In this document: positions 46,972 to 56,750 of the stretch, one piece after another
Position numbering within the stretch: position 1 is the first letter of the stretch
Layout of the letters: each line of letters starts with the position of its first letter
Source of the DNA: an uncultured Prevotella sp.
Lineage (GTDB): Bacteria > Bacteroidota > Bacteroidia > Bacteroidales > Bacteroidaceae
Assembly (NCBI GenBank): GCA_944320255.1
Contig: CALUGU010000002.1
Coordinates: 10,706 to 74,705 of the forward strand
Length of the DNA stretch: 64,000 nt
Reading direction: 5' to 3'
The notes under the pieces: generated by a model
What the model was told of the DNA's origin: nothing
Databases searched by the model: none
What the model saw: the letters and a program-made list of their open reading frames with translations, nothing else
Position numbers and translations under genes: made by a program

Positions 46972-49722
46972 ATGGACAACGACATAAACGACATCAAGGA
47001 CGACGAGATATTGGACGCTGCCGACGGCGGCCGCACAGCCGGAGACGGCGGCGAACGGCACGGGGATGAAGCCGCCGCGGGGTTCACGCCCGCGGGGAGG
47101 TTTGACGCCTCGGCCGTGCGCAACCTCGGCGGGATGTACCAAAACTGGTTCCTGGATTACGCCTCTTACGTGATCCTGGAGCGCGCCGTGCCGCACATCG
47201 AGGACGGCCTGAAGCCCGTGCAGCGGCGAATACTGCACTCGATGAAGCGCATGGACGACGGACGCTACAACAAGGTGGCGAACATCGTGGGGCACACGAT
47301 GCAGTTCCACCCGCACGGCGACGCCTCGATTGGCGACGCCTTAGTGCAGCTGGGGCAGAAGGACTTGCTCGTGGACTGCCAGGGAAACTGGGGAAACATC
47401 CTCACGGGCGACCGCGCCGCCGCGCCGCGATACATTGAGGCGAGGCTGTCAAAGTTCGCGTTGGACGTGGTGTTCAACCCGAAGACCACGGAGTGGCAGC
47501 TAAGCTACGACGGCAGGAACAAGGAGCCGATAACGCTCCCGGCGAAGTTTCCACTGCTGTTGGCGCAGGGGGCGGAGGGCATCGCCGTGGGACTGTCGTC
47601 GAAGGTGCTGCCGCACAACTTCAACGAGATATGCGACGCCGCCGTGAGCTACCTGCACGGCGAGCCGTTCACTCTATATCCCGACTTCCCCACGGGCGGC
47701 AGCATCGACGTGAGCAAGTATAACGACGGGCAGCGCGGCGGGCAGCTGAAGGTGAGGGCGAAGATTGAGAAGCTCGACACGAAGACGCTCGTGATACGGG
47801 AGATACCTTACGGAAAGACAACCTCGACGCTCATCGACTCGATACTGAAAGCCATCGAGAAGGGGAAAATCAAGGCGCGCAAGGTGGACGACAACACGGC
47901 GGCGCAGGTGGAGATACAGGTTCACCTGGCTCCGGGCGTGTCGTCGGACAAGACGCTCGACGCCCTTTACGCCTTCTCGGACTGCGAGGTGAACATCTCG
48001 CCTAACTGCTGCGTCATCGAAGACAACAAGCCGCAGTTCCTCTCGGTGAGCGACGTGCTCAAATATTCGGTCAACCACACGATGGGGCTGCTCCGCCAAG
48101 AGCTTGAGATACGCAAGCACGAGCTGCAAGAGCAACTGCACTTCGCCTCGCTGGAAAAGATTTTCATCGAGGAACGCATATACAAGGACCGCAAGTTCGA
48201 GCAGGCTCCCGACATGGACGCCGCCTGCGCACACATAGACGAGAGGCTGACGCCGTTCTACCCGCAGATGATACGCGAGGTGACGAAGGACGACATCCTG
48301 CGCCTCATGGACATCAAGATGGCGCGCATCCTGAAGTTCAACAAGGACAAGGCCGACGAGCTGATGGCCAAGATCAAGGCGGAGATAGCCGACATTGACC
48401 GCAAGCTGGCCGACATGGTGGAGGTGACGGCGGACTGGTTCAAGTACCTCAAGCAGAAATACGGCGCCGCCCACCCGCGCCTCACCGAGATAAAGAGCTT
48501 CGACACGATAGAGGCCACCAAGGTGGTGGAGGCCAACGAGAAGCTCTACATCAACCGAAACGACGGCTTCATAGGCACCGCGCTGAAGAAGGACGAGTTC
48601 GTCTGCAACTGTTCAGACATCGACGACATCATCATTTTCTACAAAGACGGAAAGTACAAGGTGGTGAAGGTAGCCGACAAGATATTCGTAGGCAAGAACA
48701 TCCAGCACGTAGCCGTGTTCAAGAAGAACGACAAGCGCACGATATACAACGTGGTTTACCGCGACGGAAAGCTCGGCAAGTACTACATGAAACGCTTCAA
48801 CGTCACCAGCGTGACGCGCGACAGGGAGTATGACTTGACGATGGGCACGCCCGGTTCGCGCGTGGTTTACTTCACCGCCAACCCCAACGGCGAGGCCGAG
48901 GTGATAAAGGTGACGCTCGACCCGGCGCCGCGCCTGAAGAACATCTTTAAGGAAAAAGACTTCTCCGAAGTGGCAATAAAGAACCGTAGCGCGAAAGGCG
49001 TGGTGATGACACGCTTCAACGTGCACCGCATTTCACTCAAGAGCCACGGGCACAGCACGCTGGGCGGACGCAAGGTGTGGTTCGACCCGGACGTGAAACG
49101 CCTCAACTACGACGACCACGGACGGTTGCTCGGCGAGTTCAACGAGGGCGACAGCATCCTCGTAATCCTCGACAACGGCGACTTCTACCTGTCAAACTTC
49201 GACGTGAACAACCACTACGAGGACAACATCAAAGTCATAGAGAAATACGACGGGCACAAAGTGTGGACGGCGGTGCTTTACGACGCCGACCAGCAAGGCT
49301 ATCCCTACCTGAAGCGTTTCATGCTCGAAGGCTCGAAACGCAAGCAGAACTACATCGGTGAAAACAAGGACAGCCGCCTCGTCTGCCTGACGGACGAGCC
49401 TTATCCGCGCTTCAGGCTCACCTTCGGCGGCAACGACGCTTACCGCGACCCGATGGAGGTTGACGCCGAGGAGTTCATCGCCGTGAAGGGCTTCAAGGCC
49501 AAAGGCAAGCGGCTTACGACGTGGACGGTTGACTCGATAGAGCAACTTGAACCGCTGAAGCGGCCCGAAGACGACGCTGAAGACGGCGGCGGAGACGACG
49601 AAGAGCAGCCCGGCACGCCTGAAGACGAGAACCTCGACCCCGATGCAGGCAAGAGCCAGCAGCAGGTAATAGACGAGATTACAGGCCAGCTGAACCTGTT
49701 CGGCGACGAAGAACAACAATAG
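46972..49722 (+). CDS. parC: DNA topoisomerase IV subunit A
   Basis: WFLDYASYVILERAVPHIEDGLKPVQRR, HPHGD, AAPRYIEARL (catalytic Tyr); Bacteroidetes ParC-type N-terminus. Confidence 0.92.
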   Translation: MDNDINDIKDDEILDAADGGRTAGDGGERHGDEAAAGFTPAGRFDASAVRNLGGMYQNWFLDYASYVILERAVPHIEDGLKPVQRRILHSMKRMDDGRYNKVANIVGHTMQFHPHGDASIGDALVQLGQKDLLVDCQGNWGNILTGDRAAAPRYIEARLSKFALDVVFNPKTTEWQLSYDGRNKEPITLPAKFPLLLAQGAEGIAVGLSSKVLPHNFNEICDAAVSYLHGEPFTLYPDFPTGGSIDVSKYNDGQRGGQLKVRAKIEKLDTKTLVIREIPYGKTTSTLIDSILKAIEKGKIKARKVDDNTAAQVEIQVHLAPGVSSDKTLDALYAFSDCEVNISPNCCVIEDNKPQFLSVSDVLKYSVNHTMGLLRQELEIRKHELQEQLHFASLEKIFIEERIYKDRKFEQAPDMDAACAHIDERLTPFYPQMIREVTKDDILRLMDIKMARILKFNKDKADELMAKIKAEIADIDRKLADMVEVTADWFKYLKQKYGAAHPRLTEIKSFDTIEATKVVEANEKLYINRNDGFIGTALKKDEFVCNCSDIDDIIIFYKDGKYKVVKVADKIFVGKNIQHVAVFKKNDKRTIYNVVYRDGKLGKYYMKRFNVTSVTRDREYDLTMGTPGSRVVYFTANPNGEAEVIKVTLDPAPRLKNIFKEKDFSEVAIKNRSAKGVVMTRFNVHRISLKSHGHSTLGGRKVWFDPDVKRLNYDDHGRLLGEFNEGDSILVILDNGDFYLSNFDVNNHYEDNIKVIEKYDGHKVWTAVLYDADQQGYPYLKRFMLEGSKRKQNYIGENKDSRLVCLTDEPYPRFRLTFGGNDAYRDPMEVDAEEFIAVKGFKAKGKRLTTWTVDSIEQLEPLKRPEDDAEDGGGDDEEQPGTPEDENLDPDAGKSQQQVIDEITGQLNLFGDEEQQ

Positions 49723-49729
49723 TTGGACA

Positions 49730-50548
49730 ATGAAGGCAATACAAATATTCGCCGTTTTGGCAGCATCCGCACTTCCTTTTGCGGCAAGCGCGCAGGAGGC
49801 CGACACCATTCCGAGCGCCAAGGTGATAACCAACGCCCAGATGATAGGCGTAGGAGCGGCAAACATCCTCGACACATATCTCTCGCCGGAGAAGTATTCG
49901 GGCACGGAAGTGCGCTACGTCTCCCATACGTTGCGCCGCCGCGAAGGCCGCCGGTGGTCGCGCATGCTGGTTCACCAGGGCAGCTTCGCCTACGCCGACA
50001 ACCGCGCCGGAGAGGGCGGCGAGATGATGGGGATGTACACGTTCACCTACGGCGTGCATTACAACTGGGACTTCCTTGGCGGACGATTGAACGTGATGGC
50101 GGGCGGACAAGCCGACGTGGAAGCAGGCTTCCTTTACAACACACGCAACGGCAACAACCCCGCACAAGCGCGTTTGAGCCTGAACATCGCGCCGTCGGCA
50201 GCCGTAAGGTACCGCTTCAAGCTGTGGAACACCCCGTTCGCGGCACGCTATGAAGTCAGCGCACCGCTTTTCGGAGTGATGTTCAGCCCGAATTACGGGC
50301 AGTCATATTACGAGATTTTCTCACGCGGCGACTACGACCACAACGTTGTGCCGACGACAGTGGCCAGCCGTCCGTCGCTCCGCCAGATGCTCACCCTTGA
50401 CTTCACTCTCGGCAAGACTACGCTGCGCATCGGCTATCTTGGCGACTTCCGCCAGGCCGATGTCAACAATCTTAAATATCACACGTATTCAAACATGTTC
50501 CTTATAGGTTTTGTAAGGACATTCAAACTCACCAACATCATCCCATGA
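49730..50548 (+). CDS. DUF3316-like outer-membrane protein
   Basis: Signal peptide; DTYLSPEKYSG, YNTRNGNNPAQA, FSPNYGQSYYEIF. Confidence 0.7.
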   Translation: MKAIQIFAVLAASALPFAASAQEADTIPSAKVITNAQMIGVGAANILDTYLSPEKYSGTEVRYVSHTLRRREGRRWSRMLVHQGSFAYADNRAGEGGEMMGMYTFTYGVHYNWDFLGGRLNVMAGGQADVEAGFLYNTRNGNNPAQARLSLNIAPSAAVRYRFKLWNTPFAARYEVSAPLFGVMFSPNYGQSYYEIFSRGDYDHNVVPTTVASRPSLRQMLTLDFTLGKTTLRIGYLGDFRQADVNNLKYHTYSNMFLIGFVRTFKLTNIIP

Positions 50549-51579
50549 ACAAGCTGTTTTACCTGTTGCTGCCGCTGCTTTGCGGCCTTGCCGCGTCGTC
50601 GTGCGTCGATGTGGATGAGTACGACGACAGCCCCCGCGGCAACTTCGAGGCCCTGTGGCAGATAATGGACGAGCATTACTGTTTCTTCGATTACAAGCGC
50701 GAGGCTTACGGGCTTGACTGGAACGAGGTGCGGGCAAAGTACAGCGCAAGGGTCAACGACGGCATGACCGAAGACCAGCTGTTCGAGGTCTTGGGCGACA
50801 TGCTCGCCGAACTGCGCGACGGCCACGTCAACATGTACTCACCATTCGACAACGCACGCTACTGGAGCTGGAAGGAGGACTACCCCGCCAACTTCAGCGA
50901 CTCGCTGCTGCGCCGCTATCTCGGCACTGATTACAAGATAGCTTCAGGCCTTGAATACCGCAAGCTCGACGACAACACAGGCTACATCCGCTGCTCTTCT
51001 TTCTCCAACGCCATCGGCGGAGGCAACTTAGACGAGGTGCTTTACGCCCTCGCCCCGTGCAACGGCCTGATTATAGACGTACGCGGCAACGGCGGCGGGA
51101 TGCTCACTTCGGCCGAGACATTGGCGGGACGCTTCACCGACGAGAACATCCTCGTAGGCTACATCCGCCACAAGACGGGCGCGGGGCACTCCGACTTCTC
51201 GGCGCCTGAAGAACAGAGGCTGAAGCCGTCGAGCGGCATACGGTGGCACAAGCAGGTGGTGGTGCTCACCAACCGCGAGGTGTACAGCGCGGCCAACGAG
51301 TTCGTAAAGTACATGAAATGCTGCCCCAACGTCACCGTCGTGGGCGACAAGACCGGCGGCGGGGCCGGCATGCCGATGAGCAGCGAGCTGCCCAACGGCT
51401 GGGCGGTGAGGTTCAGCGCCTGCCCGATGTACGACCGCGAAATGCAGTGCACGGAGTTCGGCATAGAGCCTGACTACAACGTGAGCCTCACCGACGACGA
51501 CTTCCGCCGCGGCAAGGACACAATTATCGAGTTCGCGAGAAAACTTCTTTCCAACGAAGAATTGAAAATGGAGAATTGA
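50545..51579 (+). CDS. S41-family peptidase (lipoprotein)
   Basis: HYCFFDYK, LRDGHVN, IIDVRGNGGG, YSAANEF, GDKTGGGAG, GIEPD. Confidence 0.9.
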   Translation: MNKLFYLLLPLLCGLAASSCVDVDEYDDSPRGNFEALWQIMDEHYCFFDYKREAYGLDWNEVRAKYSARVNDGMTEDQLFEVLGDMLAELRDGHVNMYSPFDNARYWSWKEDYPANFSDSLLRRYLGTDYKIASGLEYRKLDDNTGYIRCSSFSNAIGGGNLDEVLYALAPCNGLIIDVRGNGGGMLTSAETLAGRFTDENILVGYIRHKTGAGHSDFSAPEEQRLKPSSGIRWHKQVVVLTNREVYSAANEFVKYMKCCPNVTVVGDKTGGGAGMPMSSELPNGWAVRFSACPMYDREMQCTEFGIEPDYNVSLTDDDFRRGKDTIIEFARKLLSNEELKMEN

Positions 51580-51730
51580 GAATGGAAAATTATGATTTGC
51601 CTTGTTAATGCAACGAGTGTGCTTACATTCTAAAAGGCAATCATAATTCTCCAATCGCAATTCCAATTCCCATCCCTCAATTATAAAATGTAATCATAAT
51701 TTTCAATTCTCCATTTTCAATTTTCAATTA
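51560..51730. repeat. AT-rich heptamer lattice in inverted arrangement
   Basis: GAATTGAAAATGGAGAATTGAGAATGGAAAATT then AATTTTCAATTCTCCATTTTCAATTTTCAATT. Confidence 0.75.
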
Positions 51731-51737
51731 CAAAGAA

Positions 51738-52526
51738 ATGTCATCCATAACCCTCTCCTCCCTCACCATAGGCTACCGCCTGAAAGGCGGCTGCAAGGCC
51801 GTAGCCTCTGGCATCGACGCCTCGCTGCACGACGGCGAGCTTACCTGCCTCGTCGGGGCCAACGGCGCGGGCAAGTCAACGCTGCTCAAGACGATGGCAG
51901 CCTTCCTGCCGAAGCTCGGCGGCAACATATATATAAAAGGTAAGGACATTGCCGAATACACCAACCGCGAGCTTTCGCGGCTCATCAGCGTGGTGCTGAC
52001 GAGCCGCCCGGAAGCCGAGAACATGACGGCGGAAGAGGTGACGGGCCTCGGCCGCACGCCTTACACCGGCTTCTGGGGCACGCTCGGCACCGACGACAAG
52101 CGCGTCGTAGCCGAGAGCATGGAGCAGGTGGGTGTGGCTCATCTTGCCGGGCGCACCATCGCCACGCTCAGCGACGGCGAACGCCAGAAGGTGATGATAG
52201 CCAAGGCGTTGGCGCAACAGACGCCGGTGATAATACTCGACGAGCCTACGGCATTCCTCGATTATCCCAGCAAGGTGGACACGATGCTGCTGCTTGCCCG
52301 CCTCGCCCACGAGGCCGGCAAGACGGTCTTCCTCTCCACCCACGACCTTGAGCTTGCCCTCCAGACCGCTGACCGCCTCTGGCTGATGCCGGGCGACGGC
52401 CGCATAGTCACTGGCACGCCGCGCCAGTTGGCCGACGGCGGCGAACTGTCGGCCTTCATCGAGCGGCGCGGAATAGCCTTCGACCGCGACACGCTGAGGA
52501 TAAGGGTGGAGAGAAATGAAAAATGA
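51738..52526 (+). CDS. ABC transporter ATP-binding protein (FepC/BtuD-like)
   Basis: GANGAGKSTLL, LSDGERQKV, LDEPTAFLD, STHDL; no cognate permease in the window. Confidence 0.9.
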   Translation: MSSITLSSLTIGYRLKGGCKAVASGIDASLHDGELTCLVGANGAGKSTLLKTMAAFLPKLGGNIYIKGKDIAEYTNRELSRLISVVLTSRPEAENMTAEEVTGLGRTPYTGFWGTLGTDDKRVVAESMEQVGVAHLAGRTIATLSDGERQKVMIAKALAQQTPVIILDEPTAFLDYPSKVDTMLLLARLAHEAGKTVFLSTHDLELALQTADRLWLMPGDGRIVTGTPRQLADGGELSAFIERRGIAFDRDTLRIRVERNEK

Positions 52527-52625
52527 AAAATGAAAAATGAAGAATTATTGCCGTCTTTGCGGTTTTCCGTTTTCATTTTTGAGCAGAAAAGTCTTTCCTT
52601 AAACCAAGAAAACAACAGGGAAAGG

Positions 52626-53300
52626 CTATAAATACAGATTGTTTTCCTTGATAAACCGTGCCACCACGGGCGGCACGAGACCGTCGATGGGCTGGCCGCA
52701 GGCTATGCGGCGGCGCACTTCGGTGCTGCTGCCGGGCACGAGGCCGGTGTCGGCGAGAGTGACGCCGGGAGGGAACTCGGCGGGATTGAGCGGCGACCCT
52801 TCGCGCGGGTAAACCACCACGCGGTGGGCGGCGAGGATGTCGCGCCAGGCGCGCCACTCGGTGAAGCGCGCCCAGTTGTCGGCGCCGATGAGGAGGACGA
52901 ACTCACAGCCGGGATGGCCTTCAGCCAGTGTTTGCAGCGTGCGCCACATATACGACGGCTTGGGCAGGCCGAACTCGCAGTCGGACGCCTTCATGCGCGG
53001 CTCGCCGGCGAGGGCAAGCTCCACCATGCGGAGGCGCAGGGCGTCGTCAAGGAGGCGTTCGCCCTGCTTGAAGGGGTTTTGCGGAGACACCACGAACCAC
53101 ACTTCGTCGAGCCTTGCAAGCTCCAACAGGCGGCGGGCAAGCTCCACGTGGCCGTTGTGCACGGGATTGAACGAGCCGCCGAACACGCCGACGCGGAGAC
53201 CGGCCCCACGATCGGAGGGCTGGGAGAGCTGGGAGGACGGGGAAAGCCGGGGAAGCCGGAAGGCTAATGAATTCTTCACTCTTAATTCTTCACTCTTCAC
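52626..53300 (-). CDS. nadD: Nicotinate-nucleotide adenylyltransferase
   Basis: FGGSFNPVHNGH, VSPQNPFK, LIGADNW, SSTEVR; start codon uncertain (GTG within a repeat). Confidence 0.92.
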   Translation of the reverse strand: MKSEELRVKNSLAFRLPRLSPSSQLSQPSDRGAGLRVGVFGGSFNPVHNGHVELARRLLELARLDEVWFVVSPQNPFKQGERLLDDALRLRMVELALAGEPRMKASDCEFGLPKPSYMWRTLQTLAEGHPGCEFVLLIGADNWARFTEWRAWRDILAAHRVVVYPREGSPLNPAEFPPGVTLADTGLVPGSSTEVRRRIACGQPIDGLVPPVVARFIKENNLYL

Positions 53301-53862
53301 TTAAAAACTCACTTACGGCGGCGTAGGCTTCGGCAACGGCGCGGTCGAGGTCGTCGTTGACCACCACCTTGTCAAACTTCGGGGCGAACGTCAGCTCAAA
53401 CTCGGCGCGCGCCAGGCGGTCTTCTATGACGGCGGGGGCGTCGGTGCCGCGGCCTTCGAGACGCCGGCGCAGCTCGCCGATCGACGGCGGCTGGATGAAA
53501 ACCGCCAAGGCGCGCGAGCCGTAATGCTGCTTGATGTTGCACGCCCCTTTCACGTCAACGTCGAGCACAACGTTGTCGCCGGCCTCCAGCTGGCGTTCCA
53601 CCTGGCTTTTCAGCGTGCCGTAGTAACGGTCTTTGTAGACCTCCTCGTACTCAAGGAAGTCGCCGGCGGCGATGCGGCGGCGGAACTCGTCGGGCGTTAC
53701 GAAGAAGTATTCCACGCCGTCGCGCTCCGTGCCGCGCGGTTGCCTGCTCGTGCACGAGATGCTGAACGCCATGTTAAGCTCACTGTGAGCCATCAGCTTA
53801 CCGATGATGGTGCTCTTTCCGCTGCCGCTGGGAGCGGAGAAGATTATTATTTTTCCTGGCAT
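53290..53862 (-). CDS. gmk: Guanylate kinase
   Basis: Start refined; SAPSGSGKS, TSRQPRGTERDGVEYFF, YYGT, DVDVKGA. Confidence 0.95.
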   Translation of the reverse strand: MPGKIIIFSAPSGSGKSTIIGKLMAHSELNMAFSISCTSRQPRGTERDGVEYFFVTPDEFRRRIAAGDFLEYEEVYKDRYYGTLKSQVERQLEAGDNVVLDVDVKGACNIKQHYGSRALAVFIQPPSIGELRRRLEGRGTDAPAVIEDRLARAEFELTFAPKFDKVVVNDDLDRAVAEAYAAVSEFLSEE

Positions 53863-53884
53863 AACATATAATTTATTAAAAAAC

Positions 53885-54284
53885 AGCCCCTCACCGACCC
53901 TACAGCCCCTCACCAGCCCTCACGGAGGGAGGGGGCTTGGTTGGCGGGCTGGCAACTTGCTGACTGTCAGCCGCTTGCCCGTTTGCCGTGTTTCGCAGGG
54001 CGAAAGACGGCAAAACGCCGTCTGTTTTGCGGCATTTTGCAGGGCGATTTACCACCTTTTACTTAATAAGCCCAATGAGCCTGATGGGCCAAATACGCCA
54101 TTGCAAAACCCGACAAGGCATTTTAAGGAGGGTGTATCAAAATGGAGTAAACAGGAGTTAGACGCTTCGCGTCGGAGTTATCAGGAGTTAACGAACAAAT
54201 GCTAAGTTATTGTTGCATAGGGTGTTGTCCGTTAACTCCGGCGAGTGAAACGAGCCTAACTCCTGTTAACTCCTGATAACTTCC
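53885..54284. repeat. Composite intergenic repeat block (CCCCT/GGGAG hairpin + AAAAG..CTTTT family + GGAGTTA element)
   Basis: CAGCCCCTCACC x2 and GGAGGGAGGGGGCT at 53885-53940; phased A/T units at 53955-54125; homolog of 20709..20840 at 54144-54284. Confidence 0.7.
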
Positions 54285-54300
54285 TCTGGGTGCTTGATAT

Positions 54301-55176
54301 TTACAGCACGTTGAGCACCTGCTCCTTTATCTGCTCCAGCTCGTCTTTCATCTTCACCACGATGTTCTGCATCTCGGCGTTGTTGCTCTTGCTGCCGGTG
54401 GTGTTGATTTCGCGCCCCATCTCCTGGGCTATGAAGCCGAGCTTCTTGCCCTGTCCGGGGGCGTCGGCGAGGGTCTCGCGGAAGTATTTCAGGTGGTTGG
54501 CCAGCCGCTGTTTCTCCTCGTTGATGTCAAGTTTCTCGATGTAGTATATGAGTTCCTGCTCAAGGCGGTTCTTGTCATACTCCACGTCGGGTATCTGCTT
54601 CAGGCCTTCCACGATGCGCGTGCGTATCTTCTCAACCCGCGATTTCTCGTAAGGCTCTATCGAGGCGAGCAGCGCGGCGATGTTGTCTATCTTCTCGTTG
54701 AACTTCCGGCAAAGGGCTTCGCCCTCCTGCGTGCGGAAGTCCACCAGCGCGGCCAACGCCTCGTCAACGCCGCGGCGCACGGCGGTCCACTCCTCGGCGG
54801 TCAGCTCCTCCACCTCGGTCTTGGCCATGACGTCGGGCAGGCGCAGCAGCGTGCCAAACCAGTCTTGCGGCACGGGCAGGCCCGTGGCTTCGGCTATCTC
54901 GGTTATCTGCCTGTAATAGTCGGCCACCAGCGCGCCGTTGATGTGCGAAGCGTCGGCTGCGGCGTCCTTCTCCACCCAGATGGTGAAGTCAACCTTGCCG
55001 CGCAGCAGCACGGCGGCCACGGCCTGGCGCACCTCCATCTCCTTCTCGCGGTAGAGGGGAGCTATGCGCGTGGAGAGGTCCAACGCCTTGCTGTTGAGCG
55101 ACTTAATCTCGACATGGATTTTCTTCTCGTTGAAAGTTACGACTGACTTGCCGTAACCCGTCATTGACTGTATCAT
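54301..55176 (-). CDS. yicC: YicC/YloC-family endoribonuclease
   Basis: MIQSMTGYG, EIKSLNSK, RGKVDF, DINEEKQRL, GKKLGFIAQEMGREINTTGSKS, EQIKEQVLN. Confidence 0.93.
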   Translation of the reverse strand: MIQSMTGYGKSVVTFNEKKIHVEIKSLNSKALDLSTRIAPLYREKEMEVRQAVAAVLLRGKVDFTIWVEKDAAADASHINGALVADYYRQITEIAEATGLPVPQDWFGTLLRLPDVMAKTEVEELTAEEWTAVRRGVDEALAALVDFRTQEGEALCRKFNEKIDNIAALLASIEPYEKSRVEKIRTRIVEGLKQIPDVEYDKNRLEQELIYYIEKLDINEEKQRLANHLKYFRETLADAPGQGKKLGFIAQEMGREINTTGSKSNNAEMQNIVVKMKDELEQIKEQVLNVL

Positions 55177-55266
55177 ACGATATATGTAGTTAAATTTATG
55201 CAAAAGTACATATTTATTCGGAAAAAAGCGTATTTTTGCACTTATTTAAAAAGCAATTCCCTATTT

Positions 55267-55959
55267 ATGCCGTGTATATTGAACATTGAGACAAGCACCG
55301 ACGTGTGCTCGGTGGCCGTGAGCCGTGACGGCGAATGCCTGCTGAACAAGGAAGACCACTGCGGGCCCAACCACGCGGTGCGCTTAGGGTCGTTCGTTGA
55401 CGAGGCCCTGGCCTACATCGACAGCCGCTCCATTCCGCTCGACGCCGTGGCCGTGAGCTGCGGGCCGGGCTCTTACACGGGGCTGCGCATAGGCGTGTCG
55501 ATGGCCAAGGGCGTGTGTTACGGCCGCGGCGTCAGGCTGATAGCCGTGCCCACGCTTGAGCTGCTGGCCGTGCCGGTGCTGCTGGGCCATTACGAACTTG
55601 ACGACGACACGCTGCTGTGCCCCATGCTCGACGCGCGCCGCATGGAGGTTTACGCCGGCGTCTACGACCGCGCCCTGCGCGAGGTAAGGGGCGTGCAGGC
55701 CGACGTCGTTGACGGCGACACATATAAAGAATATCTTGACAAGGGCGAAGTATGCTTCTTCGGCAACGGGGCGTGCAAGTGCTTCGACGTCATCGCCCAC
55801 CCCAACGCCAGGCTGGTGAAGGGCGTGGAGCCGTTGGCTAAGAACATGATGCCGCTGGCAGAAAAGCGCATGGCCGAAGGCCGCTTCGAGGACGTGGCGT
55901 ACTTCACGCCGTTCTACCTTAAAGACTTCGTGGCGAAAACGCCTAAGAAACTGTTGTAA
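55267..55959 (+). CDS. tsaB: tRNA threonylcarbamoyladenosine biosynthesis protein TsaB
   Basis: LNIETST, GPGSYTGLRIG, DARRMEVY, PFYLK. Confidence 0.93.
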   Translation: MPCILNIETSTDVCSVAVSRDGECLLNKEDHCGPNHAVRLGSFVDEALAYIDSRSIPLDAVAVSCGPGSYTGLRIGVSMAKGVCYGRGVRLIAVPTLELLAVPVLLGHYELDDDTLLCPMLDARRMEVYAGVYDRALREVRGVQADVVDGDTYKEYLDKGEVCFFGNGACKCFDVIAHPNARLVKGVEPLAKNMMPLAEKRMAEGRFEDVAYFTPFYLKDFVAKTPKKLL

Positions 55960-56113
55960 AACAAGCAGACGAGCAGACAAGCAAGCAAACAAGGGACAAG
56001 CAGACAAGCAAACAAGCAAACAAGGGATGAGCCGGCAAAGCATTTGGCTTTAACTTCTTAGCGAACGGAGTGAGCGATTACTTCTTTAACTTCTGAAGAA
56101 AACTTCTAAAAAA

Positions 56114-56713
56114 ATGAACATCGAAGGACTTGACTATAACACACAGCGCGAACAGCTGATACTGCCCGAATACGGGCGCGAGGTGCAGAAGATGGTTGAC
56201 TACGCCATGACGCTGCCTACGAAAGCCGAAAGGCAGGCTTGCGCCGAAACGATAATCGGCATCATGGAAAGGATGTCGCCGCAGGCGCACGACAACGCCG
56301 ACAACGTGCAGAAGCTCTGGGACCACCTGGCGATAATGAGCAACTTCAAGCTCGACATCGACTACCCCGTTGACATCAACGAGGCGAAAAGCATGATGAA
56401 CAAGCCGCAGCCGATGGACTACCCCAAACAGACCAACCCGATAAAGCATTACGGGAGCATGGTGTTCGAGCTGTTCGAGAAGCTCAAGGGCATGGAGCCT
56501 GGGCCTGAGCGCGACGAGCTGACAAGGCTCACGGCCAACCAGATGAAGCGCAACCTGATACAATGGAGCCACGGGTCGAGCGACGACGAGAAGATAGCCT
56601 CTGACCTGGCACGCTTCACCGACGGGAAAATACAGCTCGACCTCGACAAGTTCAAGTTCAGCATCGGCAACATGAAAGAGCCGGGGGAAAGGCGGCGCAA
56701 CAAAAGGAAATAG
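56114..56713 (+). CDS. DUF4290-family protein
   Basis: LDYNTQR..LILPEYGR, KLWDHL, DIDYP, HYG; usual position upstream of murA in Bacteroidetes. Confidence 0.8.
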   Translation: MNIEGLDYNTQREQLILPEYGREVQKMVDYAMTLPTKAERQACAETIIGIMERMSPQAHDNADNVQKLWDHLAIMSNFKLDIDYPVDINEAKSMMNKPQPMDYPKQTNPIKHYGSMVFELFEKLKGMEPGPERDELTRLTANQMKRNLIQWSHGSSDDEKIASDLARFTDGKIQLDLDKFKFSIGNMKEPGERRRNKRK

Positions 56714-56750
56714 CGCGCCGCGCACACGCTAACAGACAAAAACAGGCACA

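Noticed and set aside
47308-47330. ParC HPHGDAS as an acquired quinolone-resistance allele
   Set aside because: As I recall this is the normal Bacteroidetes ParC sequence; nothing indicates a recent substitution.
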